DNA of 63,870 bases, filler included, from Octopus bimaculoides (GCF_001194135.2; 7 parts of 7 records of this genome joined end to end with filler, not necessarily neighbours in it), one strand, 5' to 3'; numbered from the whole stretch's first letter, positions 1-13,335 are shown. Made by a program: numbers and translations. Notes: generated by a model not told the origin, from the letters alone.

Positions 1-232
1 TGAGAGGGGGAGATAGAAATAGAGAGAGTCGCGTTAGAAAAATAGTTAAAACTTACTGTATAAAGGTAACGCGTGCGTTCTGTCGTGATACAAACAATAT
101 ATGAGTGTATGCATATATATGTACATGTATGTATATACGTTCATCTACATGTACATATAGATACATAACTGGGTACATGACGTGGCAAAAGAACAAGGAC
201 AAAATGGTAAACAAGGTGCAACAATATGCATC

Positions 233-239
233 ATTATTA

Positions 240-283
<44 letters not shown>
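233..283. repeat. (ATT)n microsatellite
   Basis: Direct reading; source of the poly-Leu in ORF 105-302. Confidence 0.95.
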
Positions 284-288
<5 letters not shown>

Positions 289-869
289 AAAGAAATTACT
301 AGCTGCATTTTTGTTATTATTAATGCCATGTTACTTATACATTTGTTTATCAGATTGTACAGTGTTTGATTTCTAAAAAGGCTATCGCATATGGCTGCAT
401 TTAATCAGATATTTATTTGTAGTATATAGAAAACACTTACGTGAGCTCGAACTTCCGTTTACATTAACACTACCGTGTTCTACGATGAGGGTTTGTTCCA
501 AAAATCGAACGTTTATTTAATTTCCTTTTTGCCACCTTTCGTGCAATAAAACAAGTATGCTGTTCAAATATACACCTGCAACGTAGCGCATAGCTTTGAG
601 ACGAAAGTCCACGACAGATATTTCATCATTTCATTTGGGAAAAATGATTAAATCTAGATATTAATATTCTCCGAATATTTATTGCAAAGGCCTATAAGAA
701 TATATATATATTTAAATCAATTATTCCCGAAACTCGAAACGTTATCTGATGTTGTAAATTTATTCTGTTTTTCTCTGGATTGCCGTGATAACTGCATTAT
801 GACAAACAGAATTATGCGAAAATATTGGATATTGTTAATTAATATATCATGGCATATTCTAGTTGGCCA

Positions 870-912
<43 letters not shown>

Positions 913-1375
913 CTGGAATTTGGTGGATATAACACAATACACACACATACACACACATATAAATATAGATACGTATATATATATGTGTGTGTGTGTGTGT
1001 AAGATTTCAACGTGATGGGTCGTGGCTTCCCTTCAAGGTAACGCGTGCTGAGGAGTGGGGGGGGCTATAAGGCTAATGCACAAACTGGTCCACGTGAGTC
1101 CAAATACTTGAATGTAAGTATCCCGTTTGCCCGCGGACGGATGATTTCTGTAGCTATCATTAGTTTCTTTCTGCGTTTTAAATAACAATTTTGACTGTTA
1201 TTTCCAGCAGGTAGACATACTTATTAATTTCCTTGATTAATTTTAATAGCCCAACTATTTAATGCCTTTTGGGCCTGCAATCGCCTATATTATTGATTCT
1301 GTAACATCATTTTAAATTTGAAATATTGCATTTCTAATTTTCTCAGATAGTTATGCAGTAGCAGCACCATTGGTT

Positions 1376-1607
1376 GATGGTCTGTTGCCAGCTTAATGTG
1401 GCAGTCCGAGGAAAGGGGAGAATACTACTGCTATTTAGCCCCAAGAAACACCGTTTCTAGTTGGCAATGTGACACAAACTTAAGGAAAGAGAACGCCCGT
1501 GTCACATAGCCAACTAGAAACGGTGCTTCTTGGGGCAAAATTGCAGAAATAGCAGTAGCATTTTTCCCTTTCCTCCGACTGTCACATTAAGTTGGTAACA
1601 AACCATC
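1376..1607. repeat. Fold-back (MITE-like) inverted repeat with ~100-bp arms
   Basis: Arm 1376-1475 is the reverse complement of 1499-1607. Core GCCCCAAGAAACACCGTTTCTAGTTGGCAATGTGACAC versus GTGTCACATAGCCAACTAGAAACGGTGCTTCTTGGGGC has 2 mismatches. Loop is 23 nt; the right arm has an ~10-nt insertion. Confidence 0.85.
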
Positions 1608-1727
1608 CCATATTCAATTGTTACACTAGATAATAATAGAGTCAATGATATGTTCGCAAAATTTTCTCCTGAGTTATCTGCTCCACATATATACATACAT
1701 ACATACATACATACATACATGCATACA

Positions 1728-1891
1728 GGAGTGGCCGTGTTGTAAGTAGTTTGGTAGCTTGCTTATCAACCACACGGTTCGGGATTCAGCCTCACTGGGT
1801 AGAACCTTGCGCAAGTGTGTACTACTATAGCCTCGGGCTGACTAATGCTTTGTGCGTGGAATTGATAGACGGAAACTGAAAGTCGCCCGTC

Positions 1892-1927
<36 letters not shown>

Positions 1928-2168
1928 ATATACTTACATCTTTGTGTGTCTGTTTTTGTCCGGCCACCACTGCTTGACAACCTATCTTGGTGAGTTTACG
2001 GCCCCGTAAACTCGGTTCGGCAAGCGGTTCGGCAAGCGGTTCGTCAAAAGAGAGCATTAAAATAAGTACTAGGCTTGCAAAGAATAAGGCATGTGGTCGA
2101 TTTGCTCGACTAAATGTGGTGCGCCAGAATATCCGCAGTCAAATAATTGAAACAAATAAAAGAAAGAG
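1728..2168 (+). mobile_element. tRNA-derived SINE with CORE-like central segment (octopod OR-type, tentative)
   Basis: tRNA-like head GGAGTGGCCGTGTTG, CORE-like CCTTGCGCAAGTG, internal (TA)n, and a 3' part shared with 23790-24000, 54160-54283 and 60782-60935. Confidence 0.8.
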
Positions 2169-2629
2169 TACATATATATGGCCAAATGTCACCGGACAGT
2201 ACATCAAAATTCCATTAATACAAAATATTTAATTTTATTTGATCATTCCAATTACTAATGTTTAATAATTTAATGCTGTTAGTTTAAATTACGGTTCCTT
2301 TTTTTTTTCTTTTAACAATTGTACATTTATTAGCGACTATAATGTAGTAACATTTGAAATATTGTCCAGGTAAATCTGGCTTCTGAAAACTAATCAAATT
2401 TATGATGATGAACATATTTGAAGAGTATGAAACTTAGGTACTCGATTATCCGATTCGTGTTTGTCCATTTATATAATGTTTTTCCTAGAGGTAAGACAAT
2501 TTTTTTTTATGTTTGCTGCCCTCACACGTCTTTGCTATTATATACACACTGAAGAATTAGTGTAACGTCGCAAATGTATCGACAGCTCTCTCCAGTAAAC
2601 ATTGGTGCTTTCTTGTACCACTACTTTCT

Positions 2630-2678
2630 CCCTCTCTCTCTCTCTCACTCTATCTCTTTCTATTTCTCTCTCTCTCTC

Positions 2679-2715
<37 letters not shown>

Positions 2716-2716
2716 G
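2630..2716. repeat. (TC)n microsatellite
   Basis: Direct reading. Confidence 0.95.
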
Positions 2717-2769
2717 TGTGTATATATATATATATATCCCGAAAAGAACAAACAAAAGAAAAAACAACA

Positions 2770-2870
2770 CGAGGACATGGTACATGTAATGTATTAGCAG
2801 ACACTCAAGAATGGAAAAAATGGTTTAACGTTTCGAGCAGACGTTATTATTTGGAAACAGAGGAAAGTCC
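2770..2870 (-). mobile_element. Degenerate Penelope pLTR-like fragment, inverted partner of 2990-3280
   Basis: Minus strand GCTCGAAACGTTAAACCATTTTTTCCATTCTTGAGTG...CTAATACAT matches plus strand GCTCGAAACGTTAAAGACTTTTTTCAATTCCCGAGCG...CTAATACAT at 3197-3248. Confidence 0.6.
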
Positions 2871-2883
2871 TATNNNNNNNNNN

Positions 2884-2930
<47 letters not shown>

Positions 2931-2989
2931 CCACGTTTTCACACCTACACATACACACATGCACAGGTGAAGATCACCTGCCCTCTTTC

Positions 2990-3280
2990 ACACGCACATA
3001 CATATTTTCTTACACACACGTACACCTTCGTTTTGGGAGCACTACTACTTTGTTATCTCCCTTTCTTCTTAGCTCTCCTGTGTGACCCTTCTGTCCGGTA
3101 TTCGCTATGATAGATCTCTAACCACTGCACACATTTTTTTCTCTCCTTGTTTCTCTCCGTGTTTCTTTCTGTGTTCCTTTCTGTGGAAGAGCGTAGGCTC
3201 GAAACGTTAAAGACTTTTTTCAATTCCCGAGCGTTATACTAATACATCTATTTGTTTTCTACACCACCTATCTTCGTCTT
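2990..3280 (+). mobile_element. Penelope pLTR-like repeat with variant minimal hammerhead at 3177-3212
   Basis: CTTT-CTGTGGA-A-GAGC(gtag)GCTC-GAAAC-GTT-AAAG: stem I 4 bp, stem II 4 bp, palindromic AACGTT stem III. The core deviates from CUGANGA. Confidence 0.6.
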
Positions 3281-6200
3281 TTGTTTTTTTTTTTAAATTC
3301 TTCTTATATATATCACACGCTCACGTGGTCGCACCTGTTGATCCTGCCTCCTCTCATCACCCACAAACTTCTCCACTGGACTTTCTATCTTTCTACACTT
3401 TACGAATTCTCTTTTGGACTTTCTACACTCCGGCTGCATCTTTCCTGCCTATGGATTACTCTGGACTCTTCTTTTGATGAGAAATCGCTCCAATACACCA
3501 CGACGTCTGAAGCCTTTGAACTTTTTGAACTTTATGTAAAACTTTTATTAGTATTATTTTTATACTTTCTTAACTTTCCTGTACTTTCTGTTCTTTCCTT
3601 TTGTCGTTTCTTTCTCCTCTGGATAGTCTTACTCTGTTGTCGCTAATCTGCACCTGTTACTTTGCCTGTAACTTTATGGGATTTCTGCTGTTTATCTACT
3701 TTTCATTTTGAGAATTCAGCATAATATTCGTATATAATACACTTATGTATCTGAGAGTATATATTTTACTTCCTTGAGATCTCGATCTTCTGTGTCTAAA
3801 GTGATACTATAGTCTACACAACCAGCAAGCACCTATAAACCAAACCTTAAATGTAATTATATTTTAGTTACATATATTTCTGTTTCGTTATATGTTCCAA
3901 AACCTTTCGTAATAGAAGGAATATAAAAAGAAAGCAAATGTCGAAATCATGCCTACGTTCATGCACAAACACACTCGCACATATATGCATTTCCATATAT
4001 ATAGAAACTCATGCATCGTTATCAGTGTAATTATATATACATAAACCTACGTGCATATATACATATAGATAACTAGTTCAAATTGTTGCTTTCTACCCAT
4101 TCCTTTAATGTAGTTTTGTTAATAGTGTGCAAAAAAAAAACACTGTGCAGTCATAAATTCCCCACACTCTGTTCTAATGCCTCAATGCAAAAGCTGTGCT
4201 AAGCACGGGGGAGGGGTCTGTGCATGTCTCTAAAAATGTATATCTCTATAACCACATATCTCTATAAACATATATTCTATACATGTCTGTTTCCATATAT
4301 AGATTATTTGTGTACACATACACAGCCTTCTATATGCATGTGCGTATGCTTCGCTGGCTGCATAGGTGCATGCGTATGCACCTGGGATTATGTTATTATA
4401 TGTGTACTGAAAATAGTATTACTTTGTAAAGTTTTCATACATAATAAATTGTGAGTTACTTCATTATAATCGATTACATTACTTACTGAAACCCTATTAC
4501 GTTACTCCCAATAATGTAACATCTAAACCTTGATTCGAAAGAATTATGGGTATAGCAAACAAAATAAATATTATAAAGCAATAGTTCATTTGTTTGTATT
4601 GTTATTTGCACCAAATGAACTAGATTTGTTTGAAAATATTCAAAATGTAAAATGTTCTCAACCGAACCTGCCTTAGTTTGATGAAGATAGTTATTATATA
4701 CTTAATCTTCTGCAGGAATGAGGGAGAACACAAAGTCTAAAATATGTACGGGTGGTATTCAGTTTAATATTTTGATGCCACCTTAATATTATCAAATTTC
4801 TTTTAACTATTTAACACAAAGTCAGACTTAATAGAGAAAAGACATTTCTAAATATATGCAACATATAATGACATAATCCTTTTTATATAACAAGGTATCT
4901 ACTTATCTATTGCATCATGCATCCTCATACGTAGCAGCTTTTATGTAGCTACTGACATGATGAGCAAATAAGCATTGTTGAGAACCAGAAATTCTCTTTG
5001 ATATCAATCACCGGCAGTCATTCAGATATACTGCTTCAAACTGACCCCAACAAAAGAATGCCATTTCAAATAGGAATCTATGCATTTTATTACAATTTCA
5101 AGTTCACTGAATTTCGTTCTGTGTGTTCATCTTTTTTTTTTATTTTGTTACGTACTATGTTTAACACTCTAGCATGGAACGGAAAAGAAACATGGGCATA
5201 ACAGCACAATACTTATCAGTAGCAATTTCCCTGAAACATATATCGTACTTGTGTCAGAAAAACATATGGAAATATATTTGCTCCAACTCCTTATGTTCTG
5301 AGTGTGAACCAAACAGGTGTTAAATCGATTGTATCAACGCTACAATGCGGGAACAATACATTGACCTTGAACACTAATTTCTTTACCTTTTGGCTAATTA
5401 CAAAACGTTCGTGGGAATTTATTTTGTTTTGTGAATGTACATTGTTATGTTTAGCTACGAACGTTTTATTTCTAATTTTGAATTTCTTTGATATGAATGG
5501 GGACGTTCGATACTTTCGGGTTAATGAAACTAAACCAGCTGCGGATTACTGAGATTGATATCAATCAACGAGGCTTTCATGATTTATAGATTACTTTAAA
5601 TGCACTTATTAATAGAACTGTTAGTAGATCCTGATCTAGCAAAATTTGATAGGTCCTCTGTTCACATTAGTATGTATGGCTACATCACTGAGTATTTTTC
5701 CATTTATGTGATATTTCTCGGGGTTATTAACTATTTATATTTACATTCTTGGTAATTCTGCCAACCTTCTTTAATGTATTCACCACTCAGAAGAATAATC
5801 AACAAGTTGTATTCAAATCATTATGAAATTTACTTCAAATGCATGAAGGTTGCTCTTTCTTCTCAACTTCTTTACTTCTGTGATTATGAAAATTAAATTA
5901 CTTTCTATAAAATAATACGTCTAATTGGTTAAGTCTGTGACTTCTGAAAAATATAATGAAAGGTCTCTCGATGTATTCCGCATAATTTGTTTTATATGAG
6001 ATTTATTAATATATTATTTGAATATATGAATAAATTTTACTTTTATCTACGTTTTATAAATTGAAATTAATTATATTTCTATCTTCATTTCTCCTTCATC
6101 ATCAATTCCCTCCAAATTTTTCTTGCAATTGTTTGTAATAAAAGCTCTCTCCTTACCATCGTATCTCCATGGAATCAATCATTAAGATTTTTATTGACAT

Positions 6201-8517
6201 TGTGTGCGTATGTAATGTCAGCCTTTAGTTTGTTCTTGTGACTTTAGTGCAGTTTTATTAATTACCGGATAGATTCGCAATAATGATTTAGAAACAAAAC
6301 TGCCGAAACATATATTCATAAACGAGCCTCGGGAACAAGGGACCATTGATCTCGAATTGAAGTAAATTAATTCTAGAAAACAGTTTATGTTTTATATCTT
6401 CCATTATTCATTAAGGCAAATCCTCAGTAAATTTCATCAATTTATTGTATAGAAGATTAACCTATAGGGCACTTTTCTTTTCACATTTTAACAATTATTT
6501 GATTGATATCCTTTGAAGAAGCAATCAAATTAATATTAAAATATCAAAATCTGTTTTCACAAAGGATGGTAACTGAACAGTTTAAAAATTCAGTTTATCT
6601 GTATTTCTTTAACGTGAAATGGATCCTGCACAATACGTCATAGCTAAACAAAACGTTTTTATTTTATAGAGAGCAGTTTCTTGGTGAAATCGGTGGTGTA
6701 GAGCTTTTCATTACGAAATGCATTAGCTTTGATCTTCCGTGTGTATTTCACACAATTTTATGTCGGCATTACAATTGTTTCAATAAACTCATCACATTGT
6801 TTCAGATCCCCCAGATCTGAAACAATGTGTACATTTCAAGTGTTCCGATTTATGTCTGTCTTTCCGGTTATCTTGCGAGAGATCTTCATTGATTCACTTT
6901 TTCTAGCGCAATATGTACGTGTATGTGTGTGCATATATATGTGTGGGTGGTATGTATGTGTGTGTTGTGAGCGTGTATAAGAGAGGGAGATAGAAACGAC
7001 TATTTCTTTGCCTGTTGAAAAACTAGATTCGTTAATGAAACATCTATAATTCACCTTAATACGAATAAAAATTGTCAACGGGCGAGACGAACACAATTTT
7101 TTTATTTTAATTTACTGTTAATAGTGCACTATAGTTTTGGGTTTAACTTATAAATTAAATTAATTAATTTTAAAATAATTCATTTAATTTAAATTAAATT
7201 TGTCAAGTGCGACCTTCATCACTACTATATCTCCATATTTACGAAAAAAATATAATTTTTAAAAATTGCCTTATTCTTACACCGCCATTCGAATTTCAAG
7301 TTAAATATATATATATNNNNNNNNNNNNNNNNNNNNNNNNNNNNNNNNNNNNNNNNNNNNNNNNNNNNNNNNNNNNNNNNNNNNNNNNNNNNNNNNNNNN
7401 NNNNNNNNNNNNNNNNNNNNNNNNNNNNNNNNNNNNNNNNNNNNNNNNNNNNNNNNNNNNNNNNNNNNNNNNNNNNNNNNNNNNNNNNNNNNNNNNNNNN
7501 NNNNNNNNNNNNNNNNNNNNNNNNNNNNNNNNNNNNNNNNNNNNNNNNNNNNNNNNNNNNNNNNNNNNNNNNNNNNNNNNNNNNNNNNNNNNNNNNNNNN
7601 NNNNNNNNNNNNNNNNNNNNNNNNNNNNNNNNNNNNNNNNNNNNNNNNNNNNNNNNNNNNNNNNNNNNNNNNNNNNNNNNNNNNNNNNNNNNNNNNNNNN
7701 NNNNNNNNNNNNNNNNNNNNNNNNNNNNNNNNNNNNNNNNNNNNNNNNNNNNNNNNNTATATAATATTCGTCGTAAAAATATTGTCTCCTTTCTCGTCTT
7801 ACATATTGCAGAAAAGATTCACAGACATCATAGATTAGAGATTCGATGAGTATACATGCCAAAAATTTTACCAAACCTGCAGTTGCTTATAGAAGGATCT
7901 ATTGTTTAGGTGTGCCAGCTTCCATGGTTTCAATTAGATTCAACCATGTGCTCTGAGGTTTTATTTTGCCGAAGTATAAATGCTGTCTTTGTGTTGTGTC
8001 GGGAAGCCCGACTAACTACGAACCAAGATAAGGAACCTGGATTATTCTGGGACTTAAGAAAATTGACAATTGAAATTTAATTTAATTTAAATATTCAATA
8101 TCCCTAAACTATTTGGATTGGGGACGTGTGCGAGTGACCCATTTGTACTGATCATTAGTTATCGATGGAAAAATTTAAGAGTTTTGTTGTAAAGATGTTC
8201 ACATCTTACCGCTAGTATCTGTCACTTATTCAAAGTATTATTATACTCTGATGTAAGTGTAAACAATGACTTTTCTAGGCAAAGTACATATATAGTTTTC
8301 CGTACGTTGTAAGTAGGTGTACTGATTGATAATGAGCCCTTAATAAAATACTACGTTTTGTTAACTTCAAGCTTCCATATTAGCTTACTTAATGAGCTTG
8401 ATCTTTCATAATTCCTATGTTTAAATCATGAACCTCGGTTATAATATCGAAACATGACAAATTATACCTTTTGCTATTATTCTTATTGGTATTTGTATGA
8501 TCATTATTATTATTAAT

Positions 8518-8520
8518 ATG

Positions 8521-8576
<56 letters not shown>
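8518..8576. repeat. (GT)n microsatellite
   Basis: Direct reading. Confidence 0.95.
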
Positions 8577-8581
<5 letters not shown>

Positions 8582-8750
8582 GTATATAATGGAGAAATTG
8601 AAAAAATGTATATATATATGATGAGTAAAGCACCGGCAAAGTTTCAATTACCTATTGTTATCCGTAGATTTATTGGAGGAACTTCGTAGTGGCGGGTGGG
8701 GTAACAGTATTAATGAAATAGGAGATAGAATGTGTAACACGCTTTATCGG

Positions 8751-8792
8751 GTTCAACACATGTTTCGACCCGATCTGGGTCTTTTCAGGTAC
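8751..8792 (-). ncRNA. Penelope-type minimal hammerhead, degenerate core
   Basis: Minus strand GTAC-CTGAAAA-GACCC(agatc)GGGTC-GAAAC-ATGT-GTT-GAAC. Confidence 0.5.
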
Positions 8793-9236
8793 ATCAATAA
8801 AAAGTGTTACTTACGATTCCTTGAGTCGGCTTACGTACCGCTATATGCCCATCAAATTTAAGAATGAGTAAAATGAGAAAAATTATTGAAACCCAAAAAT
8901 TCAAATATAAACGTGGAAAGTACGCATTCTAATTTAGAGAACATGACGTAATCAGCTTTCGCTGTTGTAACTATCAAGAGAACGAAAATGAAGTAGAAGT
9001 TGAAAGGATTTATTATTTTCCTTTCAATTTCTACTTCCTTTTCTTTCTCTTAACACGTGCAACAGCGAAATCAGATTACATATCTTATCTAAACTGAAAG
9101 GTTTACTTTCCACGTTCATATTTGAATTGTTTGCGTTTCAATAATTTTTCTCTGATTTTACTCATTCTCGAATTTGATGGACATATAGCGGTATGTAATC
9201 CGACTCAAGAAATCTCTAGTGAAACTTTTTATTAAT

Positions 9237-9278
9237 GTACCTGAAGAAACCCAGAACGGGTCGAAACATGTGTTGTAC
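9237..9278 (+). ncRNA. Penelope-type minimal hammerhead ribozyme
   Basis: GTAC-CTGAAGA-AACCC(agaac)GGGTC-GAAAC-ATGT-GTT-GTAC: stem I GTAC/GTAC, core CUGAAGA and GAAA, palindromic ACATGT in stem III. Confidence 0.65.
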
Positions 9279-9686
9279 CCAATAAAGTCTATTACACATT
9301 CCATCTCCTATTTATTATTAACAATATATATATATATACATGGGCATCCTGTATCACTGTGTGGAATATATATTTCACAATTTATGAGTTATAAATGAGA
9401 CCCAACAACTAGAGAACATCGATGCAAAAGCAAGAAACAAATAAAACAAGAGAGGACAAGCATTAATTATGATAGAATAGCAAGAGATGTGTGGCAGGTA
9501 GCAGGGTTCTTGTAAAATCTCATTTTTCTCATAAAACTTCTCTAATAAAATCACCGCCCCCGCGATCTATTTTCATATATTCCGAATTTTAATTTATTTG
9601 CATTATACCATACTTTCTATTTTTCCGCTAATATACTGCGGTTTGTATTTAAATATATTTGTATTCATTGTTATGTTTTGTGTTAA

Positions 9687-10175
9687 GGCGGCGAGCTAGC
9701 AGAAACGTTGGCACGCCGGGCGAAAAAGGCTGCAAGCTGGCAAGAAATTTAGCCCACTGGATGAAATGCTTAGCGGTATTTCATCAGTCTTTACGTTCTG
9801 AGTTCAAATACCACCGAGGTCGACTTTGCCGTTCATCCTTTCTGGGTCGATAGATTAAGTACCAGTTGCGTACTGGAGTCGATTTAATCTACTGACACCC
9901 TTCCCCAAAATTTCGGGCCTCGTGCCTAGAGTAGAAACGATTAGTCTATCTGTGTTAAGGCAGCTATCTGGCAGAAACTTTAGCACGCTGTGCAAAATAC
10001 TTAGTAGTATTTCGTCTCTCTTTACATTCTGAGTTCAAATTCCGCCAAGGTCGACTTTGCCTTTCATCCTTTCGGGGTCGATAAATTAAGTACCAGGTGC
10101 GTACTGGTGTCAATATAATCGACTGACCCCTCCCAAAAATTTCGGGCCCTGTGCCTAGACTAAAAAATACTATTA
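9687..10175 (+). mobile_element. Two tandem copies of tRNA-derived SINE family A (9687-9944 with duplicated head; 9959-10175)
   Basis: Head GGCGGCGAGCTAGCAGAA, B-box-like GAGTTCAAAT, central GAGGTCGACTTTGCC(T/G)TTCATCCTTTC...AAGTACCAG, tail TTTCGGGCC..GTGCCTAGA. Confidence 0.92.
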
Positions 10176-13136
10176 TATTTGTGTTAACTTATTCGACCCA
10201 ACTTGTCTTTTTTTTTATGTCATATAAACTAAATGACAAGATCTCAAATGTATCCCCTTTTATTTTAGTTGATAATCACATAACTCAAAATATTGCGATT
10301 GAATATTTAAGTCACAAAAATACGTGTAGTTAGATAATTTGGTAAAGAAATTACGAGCATTTAATAACCTACCGTTAATTATGTTTTCCTTGATTTGGGA
10401 TACATGATTATAAAAGTCATTGCAGAATCGGTCAGTTTTGGTCTAAATTTAAACTACTTACATAGCTTCTATTATACGTACATCAAAATTGATTTGCTCT
10501 CTTGTCTATTCTACATCTCTTAGTAGGAAACACATCTTATGAACTGCTATGATACGCATGTATCGGTAAAAACGTAGCAACTCTCAGAACTTTACTTTTT
10601 TTAAATACAAATGCTGTTCTTCGTTATATAATTTGCCTTTTCTTTCTTTATGTTGTGATATTTTCGTTTAAGTATGATAAATGAAGAAAAGAACATCGTC
10701 GCCTGATTCATCTTTTTTTCCGTTTTCGTAAAATATTCGTAGTATCCATATAATGCCAAAGTTTTCAGGAGAAGAAATCTGTTTCTGCAAGATAACAATG
10801 ACAAGTGTAGTAATACAGCTCTGTGTGAAGTTGGGATTTCTTTGTCTGTCCAAATGCTATATCGTCACGACAAAATTAAGTATTGACTTTTAGATGGATA
10901 ACTATTCGCTTAACTCATTCTCTTAACAAATGAGTTCTTTCAGAAGATAAAGAATGTCAGTATAGCTGATAACTTTATTTCCATTTTTATAATCTCATCA
11001 AGAGAATGGTATTGAAAATTGGAAACTTGATATAACTAACGATTAATATGTTATTGAAAAGCTGATACATTTTCGGGGATTTCTATTCAAAATTAATGTA
11101 GGATTTCAGAGTATTGAATAAAAGTTGATATCCACTATATTCATTAAATTATATTTATCGGGTTTTAAAGTACAAGAGAAATGAAATACATTAAACTACA
11201 AGATATTCACGTTTTAATATTCCTATAACTATAATGTTTTGACAACATGTTATGGAAATTGGTTACATTGTGAACAGCATTCTGCAGTATATGAGATAGA
11301 CAACAAAGCTCTTCGTTGTGACCATGTAGGCCTTATTTCAGCCTTAAACGCACGTGATATTTCCAACCTGCACCATACGACCACTAAAATATAATTTGGA
11401 ATATCTCCAACAAAAACTGTATAAAATCTCTATAACGCTTTTTAACCCATTAAGCGTTAATCAGTAAACCCTTGTAATTCATTTTATTCGCCTAAATTCA
11501 TTACTGCTTTAGGAGGACATGTTTCAAAACATTATGGAGAAACATTTTTCTCTCGTTTATGATTATTTTCATTCGAAAATTCTCTGTGGAAACCGAAGAC
11601 TTCAAATGTTTGATAATATCTGAAATACTGGTATGCATAATGGATATATTGCTGTATCATATAAGCATTGACATGCAGTTTTACAAACAGAAATTCTCGC
11701 TTCATGAATGAGGGTGCTACAGAATACTATGGTTGATTGCAACTTTTACTACTATTATTTTATATTATTTCTCTGTATCCCTCTTCATACAAATTTTCTT
11801 TAACTTACTTTTGGTGGAGAGCACACATTCTTTGAAAATCGTGTTTCTGATAACTATGCTAGATTTATAACAGATTCTAACTTATTCTATGAGAAATGTA
11901 CAAAAATATATTGTTCAGACCGCTTCATTGTATAAAATCTGAACATACTTTCAAATGTCCACAATAAAATTTAAAATTAAATCTCACCTTATGGATTTAA
12001 GTAAGCGACTAGTGATTTGAAAATAACTGATGTATCTGTGATGAGCACAATATGGAATGCATAAATGGCATAATGAGAGTCAGATGTAATAATACTGAGG
12101 TCGCACATCCCATATTGCTTGCAAATTGCTTTAGCTTAGAATTTTAAACAAAGTAACGTTTGAAATGGGTGAGTAATATTATGGAATCACCTGACAGACA
12201 TTTTTATGATTTACTTATTACTTCTGAGAGCGTCAACCAAAACGTAGGGAGGTGCTGTAGGTCAACCCGAAACAAGCGCAGAGCAGTTGCCGAGTTGCCA
12301 CATTTAAATAGAAACTGGAACCTTGTGGTTGAGAAACCCGATTCTCATTTGCACAGTAATATTTGCACGTGTATATATTATTCATATTTAACTTAGCTCT
12401 AATACATATTTCAGGGAATGCTATGATATATTGCATTACTACTTTCTCAATGATAATTAAATTCAGTTTACATTCAGTAATCTACTAGAAGTTACGTGAT
12501 ATTAAGTACGTGTTGAAATAAATCTCTATGGGTGTTAGGGAAATGCATATATGTGTGAGTGGTCTGTGCATATACATACATATGTAGGTGGATTTTTCAT
12601 GTAAGCGTGTGCATTTAGATAACGAGATGTTACAGTGTACAAGTGTAATTGTGAATTCCTGTGAGAGCGTATGTGACATAACGTACATATAATGTATGCG
12701 ATTCATTATTTGACACACTCATGTAAATATCTTCTAATTACTCGTTGCAATTATAATCATACTTATTTATCTTCTTGTAATTGTCTACATTAACATAATC
12801 ATTATTATCATTTAAGATGGCAGAATTCTTAGGACCTCGGACCAAGAGCCATACTGATGTTACTTAATGCACATTACATTCTGAGCTCAAATGCTGAGTT
12901 GTAAATTTTACTCTCCTACTTAGTATGTTCACTTCTTCTGCGTTAAATGTTTTCTTTAATGAATAATCAGTAATGTCTCCAGTTAGGTTGACATGGTGTC
13001 TCATGGTGTCTCTGAGTTCGATTTAAAATGTAACAGTTCCTTTTTTCGTCTTTGTCAAAAATTATGTTTATATCTTTTAATCTGACTACATTATGCCTTT
13101 TCTAACAACAATGTTTTCATGATGACTTAACTCTTT

Positions 13137-13142
13137 GTCTAT

Positions 13143-13206
<64 letters not shown>

Positions 13207-13260
13207 CTGATTCCCAGATAGGTAGATAGATGGCTAGATAGATAGATAGTTATATAGATT

Positions 13261-13310
<50 letters not shown>

Positions 13311-13335
13311 AAGAAAGATAGATAAATAGATAGAT
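13137..13335. repeat. (CTAT)n followed by complementary (ATAG)n
   Basis: Direct reading; the arms are separated by a few bases near 13210-13215. Confidence 0.9.

Larger units (their letters stand above)
8709..9320. mobile_element. ~610-bp fold-back of two inverted Penelope pLTR-like arms
   Basis: 8709-9008 aligns to the reverse complement of 9019-9320 along its length (about 80% by eye) with a 10-nt spacer. Each arm carries a hammerhead-like motif. Confidence 0.85.

Noticed and set aside
7770-8000. Minus-strand GKIFGMY resembling a P450 N-terminal or Penelope thumb motif
   Set aside because: It is on the wrong strand for the CYP, flanked by stops, and has no splice context.
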